A DNA stretch of 63,993 bases, filler included, from Craspedostauros australis (taxonomy: Eukaryota), in assembly GCA_030167865.1 (NCBI GenBank). It is 20 parts of 20 records of this genome, joined end to end, with 100 filler letters (N's around TTAATTAATTAA, not from the genome) between each part and the next. Parts side by side here need not be neighbours in the genome. Positions count along the whole stretch, not along the records: positions 10,218 to 27,705 come from JALAGF010001903.1; 19 more parts are not named here. One strand, written 5' to 3'. Positions 12,486-24,900 of the stretch are shown in pieces. The notes under the pieces were generated by a model that saw nothing but the letters and a program-made list of their open reading frames with translations, ran no database searches and was not told where the DNA came from. The translations under genes were made by a program, and so were the position numbers. Position 1 is the stretch's first letter, and every line of letters starts with the position of its first letter.

Positions 12486-14217
12486 ACTGTGCAGTGCTAT
12501 GATCACGTACTCGACACAAATACACATTTGCATGCATGGTACGTGTATGGCGGAGTCCGACATGGCGTGCGTACATGTGAATGTGATTGTGAATGCGCAT
12601 CTACGGTACTTCTGTGCAGGGCGAAGCCGTGGACGTTCATCGTAATCCACGACAGGCCGCGCCTCTTTTCGCATTCCCAACAGCGGGGCACTCACATGTG
12701 CGTATGCATGGTATGGTACTAATACTTAGAGATTGACGGATGGAAAGATCATCGAGCACCAACTGCATCACATCATCTCTACTTTCGTGGAAATGGGATG
12801 ACCATGGTGTTGCATAGTCTTCTATTGCCCACCCATCCACCCATCGTTCGTACGTTCGTTCGAGCGTACAATATGTTGGAGGGAGGTAGTCATTGACTGT
12901 ATGGTGCTCGATGGTACGTATAATACTAGAAAGAGTATGTACTTATGAGCTACCAGTGCGATTGTGCGTGGCAACAGTGGTGGTGGATGGTCGGAATGGA
13001 GGAATGCTACGATCTATTTCACGGTCTATTCCATGCCACATTCTCACAAAATTCGTGAACGCATCCACGATCATTCGGCCCCCGCTTTGACACGACTCGT
13101 CATGGATGACACATCCAGTTTGGAGAACTCTATTAATGTCTTCGTGACGTCATAATGACATCAATCGACTGGAAAGTATCTTTGGCATCAACAGAATTGA
13201 AAGCGAATTCGGATTTGGCGGGACAGCCCACTGTCATCGATTGAGTCGTGTGGTCAATGTCGCAACAAAGTGAACCGTAACGGCGATTGGATGTGCGATG
13301 GATTTCACCATACAAATCGCGGAAACTGTTGCCAATCGAATTGCCGCGTCCGTCGGCATTCGCAACGGCACAGCGCTCTCACCGTTATTGTCATGTCCGC
13401 GTATTCACAACTCCATTCAGATGCGTGTGTTGCTCCCCAAACAACCGAAACAAATGGCAGAGCGCAAACACCCATGATTGCGTCAGTCCAAACTGGACCA
13501 TCAACTGTCAGTTGGTAAGAGACTCGGCAGTCCTCTACCGTACTATACTCTACTGTTATATGTGTCCTTCCAGTATCATCTCTTTCTCTTGAGCGAGGAA
13601 TACGATCTGCAACTAGTACCACACATACCCGAGCACAGTAATCGGCTATAATACTCTATTGGAACTCATCGCCACCACAACCTCAAACAGAACACCCATC
13701 AGCAACTTGCGGTTACTTTCAATCAAACCTGCGAAAGTGCCAAGCATCGCTCATTCTTTCAGAATCCACCAACGACAATCCCTCTATCATTCCCACAAGA
13801 TCAATTCGTTTGTCATCTCCACCACAAAAAGAAACTCAGCAGAGGACTCTATCACCTCTCACTCTCTTTGCAAATCCATCCACACAATACTCGCACAGTC
13901 AGAGCAGGCAACAGAGTCACTACTTTCAGCGTTGGTACGAGTACACCAGGTTCTCGAGGACGTCCCATTTTGCTTCCTCTCATGCCATCAGTTGCATCTC
14001 TCCAACTGGACGAACAAGCAAACCACGGTGCAACAGCACAGAGTCGACCAGAGCACTGCGAAAGACAGCGTAGAGCGTACCAACAGGCCAACCTCATCTG
14101 TGCTTGATCATTTCGAAGATCCAACACAACCAGCGACCGCATTCCACCGCATCGCATTCCATCCCATCGCCTGGCAACCTTCGACACGATAGCAAAACGA
14201 TCCATTCATAACGAATC

Positions 14218-17200
14218 ATGGCTTCCGTCCCCACCAGCAGAAGGCTTCGCGCCCGCCAGAGCAATATCCCTCAGTTCGTCTCCGGCGAGCCCCATGTGAT
14301 GCGATCAACCTTTTCCACTGCCTCGTCCGTCAGCTCCAGCCTGCGATACCCATCCTCGTCGGCATGCTCTGTGGCCACGGATATTACCACAGAGTCCCGC
14401 GCGGACAATGCGACCGATGTCTTCGACTGCCCTATCCGAGTGGTTGCGCGCATCCGACCGCTGCGACAGCAGGAAGTGATACGGGGCTGCCGCACGGCCA
14501 TCCAGCCAGTCAGGGACAACACATTCTACAAGAACAAGTCCACGGAATATCCTCGCAGTGGCATCCCGCAGCCAAATTCGAGAGCGCACGCTTCCAGGCT
14601 TCCACCGCCTTCGGGAGGATTGGTGCCATCATCGTCGGCCTCCGTCACGACCACAACGACGGCGACGACCATGACGACGCTGAATCCGCTGCTGCCGAAA
14701 TCCGTCAACCGAATAACGAACCACACGGGTACGCCGAGCAGAAGTCCGATGGGGGGCAAGAACGTGCTGGCGAGCAACACTCCCAGCAGCCGCGGCGCAC
14801 ACAAGACGCCGATGCTGATTGATCACACGACCGCCACGGACCGACCAGCGCACGGCAGTTCCAACGCCGGCATTTCCGGATCGCGCAGCCTCATTGCCAT
14901 GGATGAAAACAAGCATCTCTTCAACTTCCACGCCGTGCTCAAGGACAACACCAACCAACGAGAGACGTATGAACGATCCGTCGGCAAGGCGCTGCGACAG
15001 AACCTCGCCAAGGGATACAACACGACCATCATCGCCATGGGTCAGGATGAAAGCGGCAAATCGTACACCATGAGCGGTGGGTGGAAGACGAAACGCAACG
15101 AACGCAGCAGTCATCGCAAGCACGGCCACGGCAGCGGTCACAGCAACAGAAGTAGCACGTTGCGGCAGACAGAATTCGCCATCTCACGTGAAGATGGCAT
15201 CCTCCCGCGTGCCATCCATGACATGTTCTTAGTCAAACGGCGACACCAACGCGGGGATGTCACCATCGAAATGACCTTTGTCGAAATCATCGACAATCAT
15301 GGCTTCGATCTGCTGTCGGAGACCTGGGCAGCGCAGGATCTGGACATCGAGTACACGCCAGAGGCAGGCGTTCAGATGAAGGGCGTGACGCGCAAGATTG
15401 TCCACACAGCGACTGGTGTCAAGAAGCTCATGGCCAAGGCCTTTCAAAAGCGGAGCCGTCAACCCATCCAACGGGGACACTTGGTGTGCGAATTCCAAGT
15501 CCAGTTCCATCCTCGCGCGTCGGCGACGGCGTCGACAGGACGGCATGCAAAGCTTACCATGGTCAACATAGTCGGACATGAGACGATGGTCGATGAAGAT
15601 GGCTTCGAGACGGCGGACGACTTCGCCTCGTCTGATTTGGAAGCCTTGGAGGAAGTCATCGATTGCTTGCATCAAGAAAAGGGAGTGCATGATATCCCGT
15701 ACGGGGCATCCACTATCACACGACTGCTTCAAGATGCTCTGGGAGGTGAGCAAGCACGAGCGTACTTCTCTGCCTGCCAACTTGCATGCATGCCTGCATG
15801 ACACTATGCACGCACAATAGTATTCTGCATTGTTCGCTGAACCCATGGTCATGTTACAACTGCTCCAAACGTGCTCATCAATCGATTGTCGTTGTTACGT
15901 ATGTTTCTGCTTCCATCGCAACATTCCGCGGTCCTTTTTCTTCGATTCCATTCTATCCTTGAATCCACAGGCAACTCGTACACCGTCATGCTGGCCTGCG
16001 TGTCCCCGTCTGATGAAGGTATTGGGGGATCGATGGAGACCTTGGAGATTGCGCGCAAGGCCATGACAGTCACCAACAAGGCTCATCGCAACAAGGGCGT
16101 CATCATCCAGCCCCCAAGCCAACATGCGCGGGTTCTGTTTGACGGCCAGTCAACCACATCAACCCGGGGTGGCGAATCGGAGACCGCCACACGTCCAGAA
16201 GTGCAAGAGGTCCGCGTTCCTTCCAGAAGCGCTGCTGCTTCCGGCCGTAGCATCAGCAGCGTCAAGACCAAGTCCAGCATCAGCACCGGCACCGGCAGCC
16301 GTTTGAAACCCCCGACGCGTGCCACGAGCAAGGAATCCAAAAGAACGATCCCCGTACCACAGACCAGAGTGTCTCGCTTGAACCGGATCTCACCACGTAG
16401 CAACGCCAGTAGCATCAGTGACGACACCACCAGCTTCAGCGACGACGACCGCACGAGCGTCGAATTCACTGACCGACTCGAAAAAGAGTTGAAGGTGACG
16501 AGGAAGCGGTTGTCCAACGAAATTGCCATGACCGACAAACTCAGCAAGCTCCGGGACACGCTGAAGAAGCGTTGCAAGATTCAGGAGCAAGAGATCGAGG
16601 AGCTCAAGTCGGATGTCAAGAAGTCCGATCAGACGGCGGAGGAACTGCGGATGGAAGTCCGAGATCTTCGCTTTGCCTTGGCTGGCGAGAAGAAGCTCAG
16701 GGATCAGGTTGAGAAGTTCCGAGCATTTTGCGAGAATCAGTACGGACTCCGATCGATGGAGAACAACGCGCTGATGCTTGCAGTCGCATCACAGCTGACC
16801 AACAACCCGACCAACATTTCGGAGGAGTTCCTCCGGCAGCGCATCAACATTGCCAAACCCTCTCTCGCACTTCCACCAGCTTCCAACTCCTCCAACATTT
16901 ACAGCCGCAGCCACAGCCACACAAACTCGGGAATGCAGATCCTTGCCCAAAACTCCTCGGAGATTGTGGAGATTCTGGAGAAGGTGGCGAGCGACAAGCC
17001 CACGTCACCGAAACAAGAAGCACCGAGCGGATTCTTGGAAATCCTCGACAATGATGATTCCGGAGATGTCTTCGAAGGTGTCGAAGATCAAAAGGCTGAC
17101 GAATCATCAGTGTCCTCGGAAGAGTCGAGAGGCGTGGAGCGCGTGCTGAGGAAGCAACCGAGCATGTCAACTATGAGCTCGGAAATCCGACGACGCGCGG

Positions 17201-17931
17201 AGATGATGCTCCAATTGGCTGACGATGCCATCAACAGCAAGCGCAGTGCATCTTTCAGCAACAGCAGTAGCAACGACACTTCGGAAGAGGACCACGTCAT
17301 GTCGGTTACGGAACAGCAATCCCCCAAGGCAACTAAAAGTATTGCAGCCATCGATACGCCGCAAGAAGACAGGCCCAGCAACAACCAAATGGTTGAGTCG
17401 CTGACGCAAAGCCATCGCAACTCGAAGGTCGTGATCAGCAATCTGGAGCAGATGAGACTGAACAAGAAGCAATGCCTGTGCCAATCCAACTTCATGACCG
17501 GCAAGAGCGAGACCGCCGAATTCTATTTGCCCCGCCTTGCCGTCGCCTGCACGTGTGGAGAGCAGAAGAAGGACACAGATCCGCAGCTCGCCGCGGACGA
17601 AGTTCTCCTCCTGTGCAACATTCTTCGTCCGTGGCAGGCCGAGTTCCTGCAAAGCCTCGACGTCACCACGGCCAACGAATTCGTTGATATGTACGATAAC
17701 GACGGTTCAGCTCTCGTGACTGCTCTGCAGGAGTGGAAGAAGAACAACAAAGTTGCCAACACCAAGATGACATCCTGCGGCGTGGCGTTGCACATCTGGG
17801 CGCGCACCTGCAAGTGCGTCATGTGGTCGTGCGACGAGCAACGAGCCAGAGGCGTGGAAAAGCCGAAGCGTCCGGAATTCCTGGAGGTCACACCCGCATG
17901 TGGGCAGAGTCTGTCCACCTTGGGAATCTGA
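14218..17931 (+). CDS. Divergent kinesin-like protein (N-terminal motor, coiled coil, Cys-rich C-terminal domain); exons 14218-15745 and 15971-17931
   Basis: IRVVARIRPL, GYNTTIIAMGQDESGKSYTM, GILPRA, IPY..S.ITRLLQDALG. GT-AG intron 15746-15970 restores LGGNSYTVMLACVSP. Confidence 0.88.
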
Positions 17932-18356
17932 AGTGAAGGATAGGCGGATAGGCATTGCTAGAGATCAGGATGGGAAAGGTGGAGGAAGAAGAGCCAAGCA
18001 AGGCAAGGAATAGGAGCGGAGTGGAACAGGAGGGCAAGCGACGACAATGATTCCATCGTCCACGTTAAGAATGAATGGAGAGATTGATGGATGTTTCCAC
18101 CCTCAACCACGAGCAAGATGCTTTAGAATATGTAACATTATAGATGATAACGGAGAAGAGATTCATACTCGCACATGAAGAACAACATGACACAGCATCT
18201 CGCAACTGGCAACTCGGAAGCGCCATTTCGCATCCAGATAGAGGTGCATGGAGCAGGCCGCATTGGGATGAACGAAGATGAACAGTCAGGGATAAGGCAG
18301 CTGACTTCATCACGACCTCGAGTACTCTATTTGGAAGTGGTTTGGAATAACATACT

Positions 18357-20969
18357 CTACTCTATGCTTGACGTGGACATTACATTGGGATTGGTCTCGG
18401 GGATTTCGTCCAGCGATTGTGGTTTGATACCCGATTCCGTCGCCAGTGGATCGTCGCTGGTGTCATTGCTAGCAGCAGCACTTGCCCTCACACCCGCACG
18501 ACCTTCGCTCGTCAGGAGCTTGGACGATGCAGCTTGATCCATCCCGTACATGGCGTTGGGGTTCTTCACCATATCGGCTGTCGTCCCCGTGACGTCGCCC
18601 TTTGGTCGGTGCTTCGATTCCAAGAACAGGACGATGACTGTGATGTCATCTGTGCGTCGTTCGTGTACCAACCACTTGTCGTACGCCGCCTTGACTAACA
18701 GCTCGCATGCCTGCAACGGATTTTCACACTGATCGCACATTTCGATCACCTGCTGGTTGGTGAGGAATTCGAAGACGCCATCCGATGCCACTACGAGGTA
18801 CTCATCGTTGGCCGTCAGTTCCCGCGTGATAATTTCTGGTTTGGCAATGACGCCGATGTCTTCCGCGAGGCGATCACCCAGCGACCGCGTGAAGGCGGTG
18901 CCGGGATAGTTGTTGCCCTTGACCCAAACACGAGGCGGGTCGCCATGGATGTCCACTTCCTTGCCGAGGACCAGATCACCCCAATTGTCATGCATCGGTT
19001 CTCGGTCCTCCATCTGATCGATCGATTTGATTTCGGCACCCAATTTCCGGACTCGTTCACGTTCGTCTTTTCGATACGGCGTTTGATCGCGCGTCAATGG
19101 CAAGGCCAAGAGTTCTCCTCCGCTCTTTTTTGCAAATGACGGCATCCCCATTGGGTAGGCATGTGATGCGCCGTATCCGCCGTCGATCTCGACCTTTTCT
19201 TCTTCTTCTTCGTTGTCAATTTCCACCTTTTCTTCTTCATCGGGCTTTCGCTTCAACCGATGTCCCACAACGACACGGCTGTCGCCAACATTACAAACAG
19301 TCATTCGGCCCCCGTGAAAACTTACGGCAGTCGCGGTCGTTCCGCTCAACTTGTCCGGTACCTGCGGGTTTCGGCAGAGATGAGCGATGGTGGTTGCATA
19401 GTGTGCGTATGAGCAGTGTGGTGTTGTATTTTGCAGAAGCAGTTGATGGTTAGACATCGGAGGTCGTGAGAACGGGGGTGGGAGTGGGAAGCGAAGTGGT
19501 TAGTGTCGGAGAATAGATTGAAGTCGGAGCAAAGCAAAGCAAAGGAGGGAATGAGATGCGAAGGAACCACACGGCGGGACATGACACGGTGTGACAAAGA
19601 CATGTTCGACCACATTATTCTGCTGTCACATTCAGAGCATGCAAATCATTCAAAGCACGATGCGGCAGAGAATGGAGCGCCGCAACTTGACACGCAACAT
19701 GACATCGGTACTTACAGCATCATCGTCATGCATTGCCTTGTTGACTTCGATGTAACTCTTGAGACAGCATGCCTCATAATCCTCCACGTCGAGCATCGGC
19801 CAGCTGCTGGGATCCCATGACCCCTTGGTGGATTTCCCCGCGGCTTTGAGATCCGCTTGGTACCGTTGCACCCGCCTTTGTCGAATGTGCTTGGCTATGG
19901 ATTTTGGCAATCTCTGCTTGGCGTACTTGGCGCAGACGTGTCCATCCGTGCCGTGGCCGTCGTAGACCGCGAACATGGCGTCGCCCTGCTCGCCGGCGAA
20001 TTTCAATGTGATGGAGAGATCATCTTGATTTTCTTTGTGCGGTTCTGTGGATGGCAGGTAGCGATAATGGCGAGTGTTACGATGGTGATTGTTATGATGA
20101 TTGGGAAAGAGATCAATGATGACGGCAACACAAAGTGTGAGCGATGGTATAGTATTATGCTCCATCACATTGACAAGACGATGACATGCGCATCATCATG
20201 CCAATACCGGTTGCGATGGCAGAGCTATCCGCACCGAAGGGAAGGAACAAACCATTCAAAGCGAACACGAATCTAAATGAATTCGAGAACACACCACAAC
20301 CATCGGAGTGGCTGCTTCCGTTCACCCGCTGCGATGTTCTTACCATCTGGATAATAGCCTCTCTGTTTCCAATGAGCAAACTGTTGTGAAGGCAGAAATC
20401 GAACAGAATACAACAGTAAAGTAAGGCGAAGTAAAGTAGAGTGGAATGGAGCAAAGCGGGAGAGAAAACAAGGCGTAAGATCGACGATAACAAAGGAGCC
20501 ACGCAAAGCACGGTAGAGCATGATGGAGCATCGCATGGTTCCGCTCTGCGACAAGACGACCGTCTCTTGTTGCTGCAATGAATGTAGGGATACGTACTTG
20601 AACCTGAATAACACCGTGCGCATCGCTGGGCTTTCCGATTCGATACCGCGAATTGGTGAGACTGGACGTTGTGCGTCGCACGACTTCCTCTGGCATGAGA
20701 TTGCCTTGCGCATTGAGCTTGGGTGGCACCTGCAGGAGCATGGCGACGGCCTCGTCATCTTCCGTCGAGATGGTGTCGCGCTGCGAGGAGGTAGCCGAGG
20801 GGTTCTTGAGTCTGCGCAGCCGTGCGCTCTTGAGGCGTTCCGTTTGACCGATGCCGGAGACTTGTGCTTGGCGTGAATGCGGTGTTCTGTGGGAGCTGCC
20901 AACGGATGTGGGGACGTTCCGCTTGGCCTCGCCATCGACGCCGGCTGCGGTGGATTGGTTGCATCCCAT
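18357..20969 (-). CDS. PP2C/PPM protein phosphatase; exons 20969-20598, 20380-20344, 20044-19716, 19361-18357
   Basis: Spliced product contains QRGYYPDEPHKENQD, FAVYDGHG, SGTTA, CNVGDSR, FTRSLGD, VASDGVFE, DDIT. All three introns are GT-AG and frame-consistent. N-terminus MGCNQS is a myristoylation/palmitoylation-type motif. Confidence 0.92.
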
Positions 20970-21132
20970 GGTATTGTGGACGGTAGAGTGTACTACGATG
21001 TATGCTAAGACGTGTGCTAAGACGTGTGCTGAGACGTATGTATCTGCTTGTTTGCTGATGGGTTCTTCACGTCTTCACCTGGGGCTGATAGTTGAATATT
21101 CAGAGCAGCAAACCTTCTCAGAATCCGGAGGA

Positions 21133-21176
21133 ATCTGCTGTGATCCGCTGTGATCTGCTGTGATCTGCTGTGATCT
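21133..21176. repeat. 10-bp tandem repeat (GATCTGCTGT) x~4 upstream of PP2C
   Basis: Read directly from the sequence. Confidence 0.85.
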
Positions 21177-21335
21177 TCAGGGAGCGTAGTACTGAGAGCG
21201 TCCTGTTTCCTTCTTCCTGCTTGTGTGTCTTATGCTGCTTCGCCGGTGCCTTGGCAGTCGCCTTGACTTCCGCTGCTCACCTGGCTGATAGTGTTGCTGT
21301 CGTGAAAGTGTGATGGGTTGAGATCGCCGCCACAA

Positions 21336-21370
21336 GTTGGTTGGTTGGTTGGTTGGTTGGTTGGTTGGTT
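21336..21370. repeat. (GTTG)n microsatellite
   Basis: Read directly from the sequence. Confidence 0.9.
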
Positions 21371-21997
21371 CAGGAGCTCGTTCCCACAAGGAAGTTGCCA
21401 ATCTTGGCTGTGCTCTTTGTGCGCTTGCTTGCTTCCTTTTGTGGTTGCGGGTGGCGTGATGCGGTGTGGTATTTCCCTGCGCGAGATTTTCGCTTCGCTT
21501 CCTTTTTCCATTACGTGGACAACAGATGCGTCGTGACTGTCATCACACGAGGAAATGTTTGGAGATTCGCCGCGCTTCGTGATTGACATCAAAGAGATTC
21601 ATTCGGAGATTCATCATCACAAATGGGTGACAATTCATGTAACGCTCCATTGTGTCGTTCGGACATTGGATTTGTCCGTTGATTTCGCGTCACCTCCGGG
21701 TTCAAACGTCACAAACATCCAACACAAAGAGTTCCACAATGATGACCACACCCAACAACCACAACCGCAACAGCGATCTGTCGCAAGCATGAATCACCGT
21801 GCTTACCTGCAACTACGAGTGCGACCACATGCGCGGGTACAAGTACGAGCACATGCAGAGCGTTACAATGTAATATAATATTCTATGATCTTTGTATGAG
21901 TTATCATACTATTTGACCACCGATGGCGGAACTCCCNNNNNNNNNNNNNNCCCCCCCCCCGAACCTCGCAGCGATCGATGGCTTGCCTCCGAACAAA

Positions 21998-24900
21998 TCA
22001 ACCCTGCGAGCTGCTGTCATCAAGGATCTGGACGCTGCCACGGCTGCAGCCGCTCATGCTGCGCGTCAGCAGCGGAGGATCTTGAGGCAGACTCGGAAAG
22101 GTCTGGGAGTCCGGACCGTAGCCCATCGTGTGGGAGAAGCTCTCGGATGTCTGCCAGCGCTGCAGCGCCACGGTGCTCCCGAAGCCGCCGTCCTCCAAAG
22201 AGGCATCCTGGGGAAGGATGAGGCTGGAGGAAGGGCGCAGCAGCTGGGTCATCTCGACCGGCGCGCTCAGGTCCTTGGAATCGAGGATCGAAACGCGGGG
22301 GTGCATCGAAGCAGCGGATTTCCAACTGGGGGCAGCGAAGTCGTCGCGGCTGTTGCTGCGCTCGATGGTTGGCTCCGCCAGTGCACCAGAAGAGGCCGCA
22401 GCGGGGAAGTACGCGATGTTGGGCGACCACGATGTCATGCGTCGCAGCAGCTCCGGGCCGCTCGGCGCCTCGGATGAAACCCGCATCCCCAGGGACGTTA
22501 CGCGGGTCAGCTCAGCTTCGGGGGTGTCGAAGGTCCGGCTGTCCAAGCGCATCAGCTCCTCTGTCAACGGCGTTGTGGCGTAGAAGCTGCCACGCGGCGG
22601 TGCGCAGTGCTTCTGGGGAGAGTCTTGTGGGACGACATGGACCATGTCCGGCTTCGAGCCGCAGTGCCGAGCTGCAGCCCGCGCTGGTGATTTGCTCACG
22701 CCGATGGATGTGGACAAGACGTCGGAGGCGGTGCCGGCAGTCCTGATGCATTCATTCAGAGGACTCGCGGCATCATCCGTTGAGTAGTTGGATTTGACGC
22801 GAGCGAGCTCTGGCTTGTCGGGAACGAAGATGTTCGCCAGAACCATCCTGTTGGTCGCGTCGTCGAGCACTTCGAACGACCTTCTCCGGCCAACGAACCC
22901 TTGCTGTGTTGCGGCGGGAGTCGAAGCACCGCTCTCACCCTTGGCCGAGCCTCTCCCATTCGATTGCCCGGACTTGGATCTCGGGTGGCCGGAAGCACGC
23001 AGAGGGGAGGGAGGCAAGGTGAATGCGATGGCCCTCTTCTTGCGGATGGTCTCGTACGGCATCCTGGCGAAGATCTTGTGCCCTGCCTGCGTCCACAGAG
23101 ATGACAGTGGCGAAGACGACGACGACCGGCTTGGCCAGGGAAGGCTCGCATCCCAGCCTTCGGAGGCGCAGGTGCACAGATCGCGAAAGTCCAGACTGCC
23201 AAGACCGAATTCCCAGGTTGCGGGAGACTTGCGGATGTAGGCGAATGTCTTGATGAACCGCATCTTGACGGCGGCATCGCGTCGAGTGGGACACAATGCA
23301 ACCCAAGGTTGGGCAGAGGCCACGTTTCGCTCGACGAAGAGGCCGCCGGTGCGTTCGATCTGCTGGATGAGGTTCATGGCAACCTTGCGGTTCTGAGACC
23401 CTCCTGGGTTCTTGGGCGACTGTCGTTCGCGGTAGGCGTTGTGGAGCATCCATCGGAATGCGAGGTAGCCAGAGTGCCGTCGCTGCTTCTGGTCGATGAA
23501 GGTCGATGGCATGGCTTCGTCCGCCGTGGGGATGTTGAAGGTTGCGTTGCTGGGAGCGATGCCGTTGCTGCTCGGACGATTGCGGTCCATGGACAAGAGC
23601 GTGGAGGCCAAGGAAGCATCCTGTGCGTGAGGAGGCTGTTGGGAGGGAGGGCGGAGCTTGGAGAAGGGCAACAGCCACTGGCAGATGCTGGTGAAGCTGG
23701 ACTCGTCCGGAAGCGGAAGGTTGCCTCCTCGCTCGCCAGGCGTTTCGACGGCCTGCTCCAGCTGGAGCATCAGCCAGTCGATGGTCATCTCCTTGCTGAT
23801 CTTGTACCACGAGTAGGGGGACATGCAGACGATGCCTGCTGCTAGGTGATGCGACGGCGAGGGGTCCAAGATGCAGGCGTAGAAGCCTACGTTGCACTTG
23901 TGCAGGGACAAGGCGATGCCGCGCGCCGCCTCGCGGTAGTCTTGACTCGTGGGACTAGGCTCGCCGGCCTTCGAGCCGTGGCTGGAGGACTTCAGCTTCG
24001 ACAGCTTCCGGGCATTCCACTGGATGATGCCGTGCATGACTCTCGTCCCCGGTGATGTTGGGGGCGGAGATCTTGCCCTGCTGGACGGGTTGTCGTCAGA
24101 GTAGCGGATCTCGTGGTAGAAGACGATGACGTCAGTCAGCTGCAACTCTTGGAACCATCCTCGCAGAACCCCCTCGGGCATGAGCGGATCCTCGTCATCG
24201 GGCGTGTCCGAGCGCGGTTCGGGCGAAGCGGGCTCCGGCTCAAAGCGCGATTTGAACAGACGAAGCTCATGGCAGTGGTAGTCCACGATGGGCTTGAACA
24301 TGGGCGCGTCCTGAGCGTGGGAAGAGCTGAGCTGGTCCCGGGAAACCAGGGGAGGGACAGGAACAGGAGCAGGAACAGAGCTTGCGAAGTCAGGCACAGC
24401 CCAGTGGGTGGACTGCGCCATGGACAGCGGCAGCAGAAGGGCGTCGATGATCTTGCGACGTGCCTCGTAGTCGCTCATCACCCTCCAAGTGTCTTTCGGA
24501 CGTTGCTGCGTGGACTGCGCGTCACGACCGTCCCATGGGTGCGGGATGTTCGCCACGAAGCGAGCGTCGAAGGTCTGGCGCAGCTCTTGGAGGATGGAGA
24601 TGCTGAGCTCGAGCTGGCGCGTCTTGCTGCAGCGCTTGATCAGGGATGCGTAGTGCTTGATGAGGTAGCCGTAGATGGGCTTGGGCCAGTGCGTGTCGGG
24701 CGGTTCGACGCTGGAGTGCTCTGGATCGGCGCTGGGCTTGTAGTAGACGATCACGTCGGTGTGGAGCAGCTGCGAGTTCGCAAAGAAGGCAGGTTCGACA
24801 GCTCCGTCCTGCGTTGGCTCTGCCGCTCGTCGGTTCGAGTGGGAAACGAGACGCTTCGTGAGTCTGCGGGGTTTGGCGCGACGGGCAAGCTTGCCGATGC

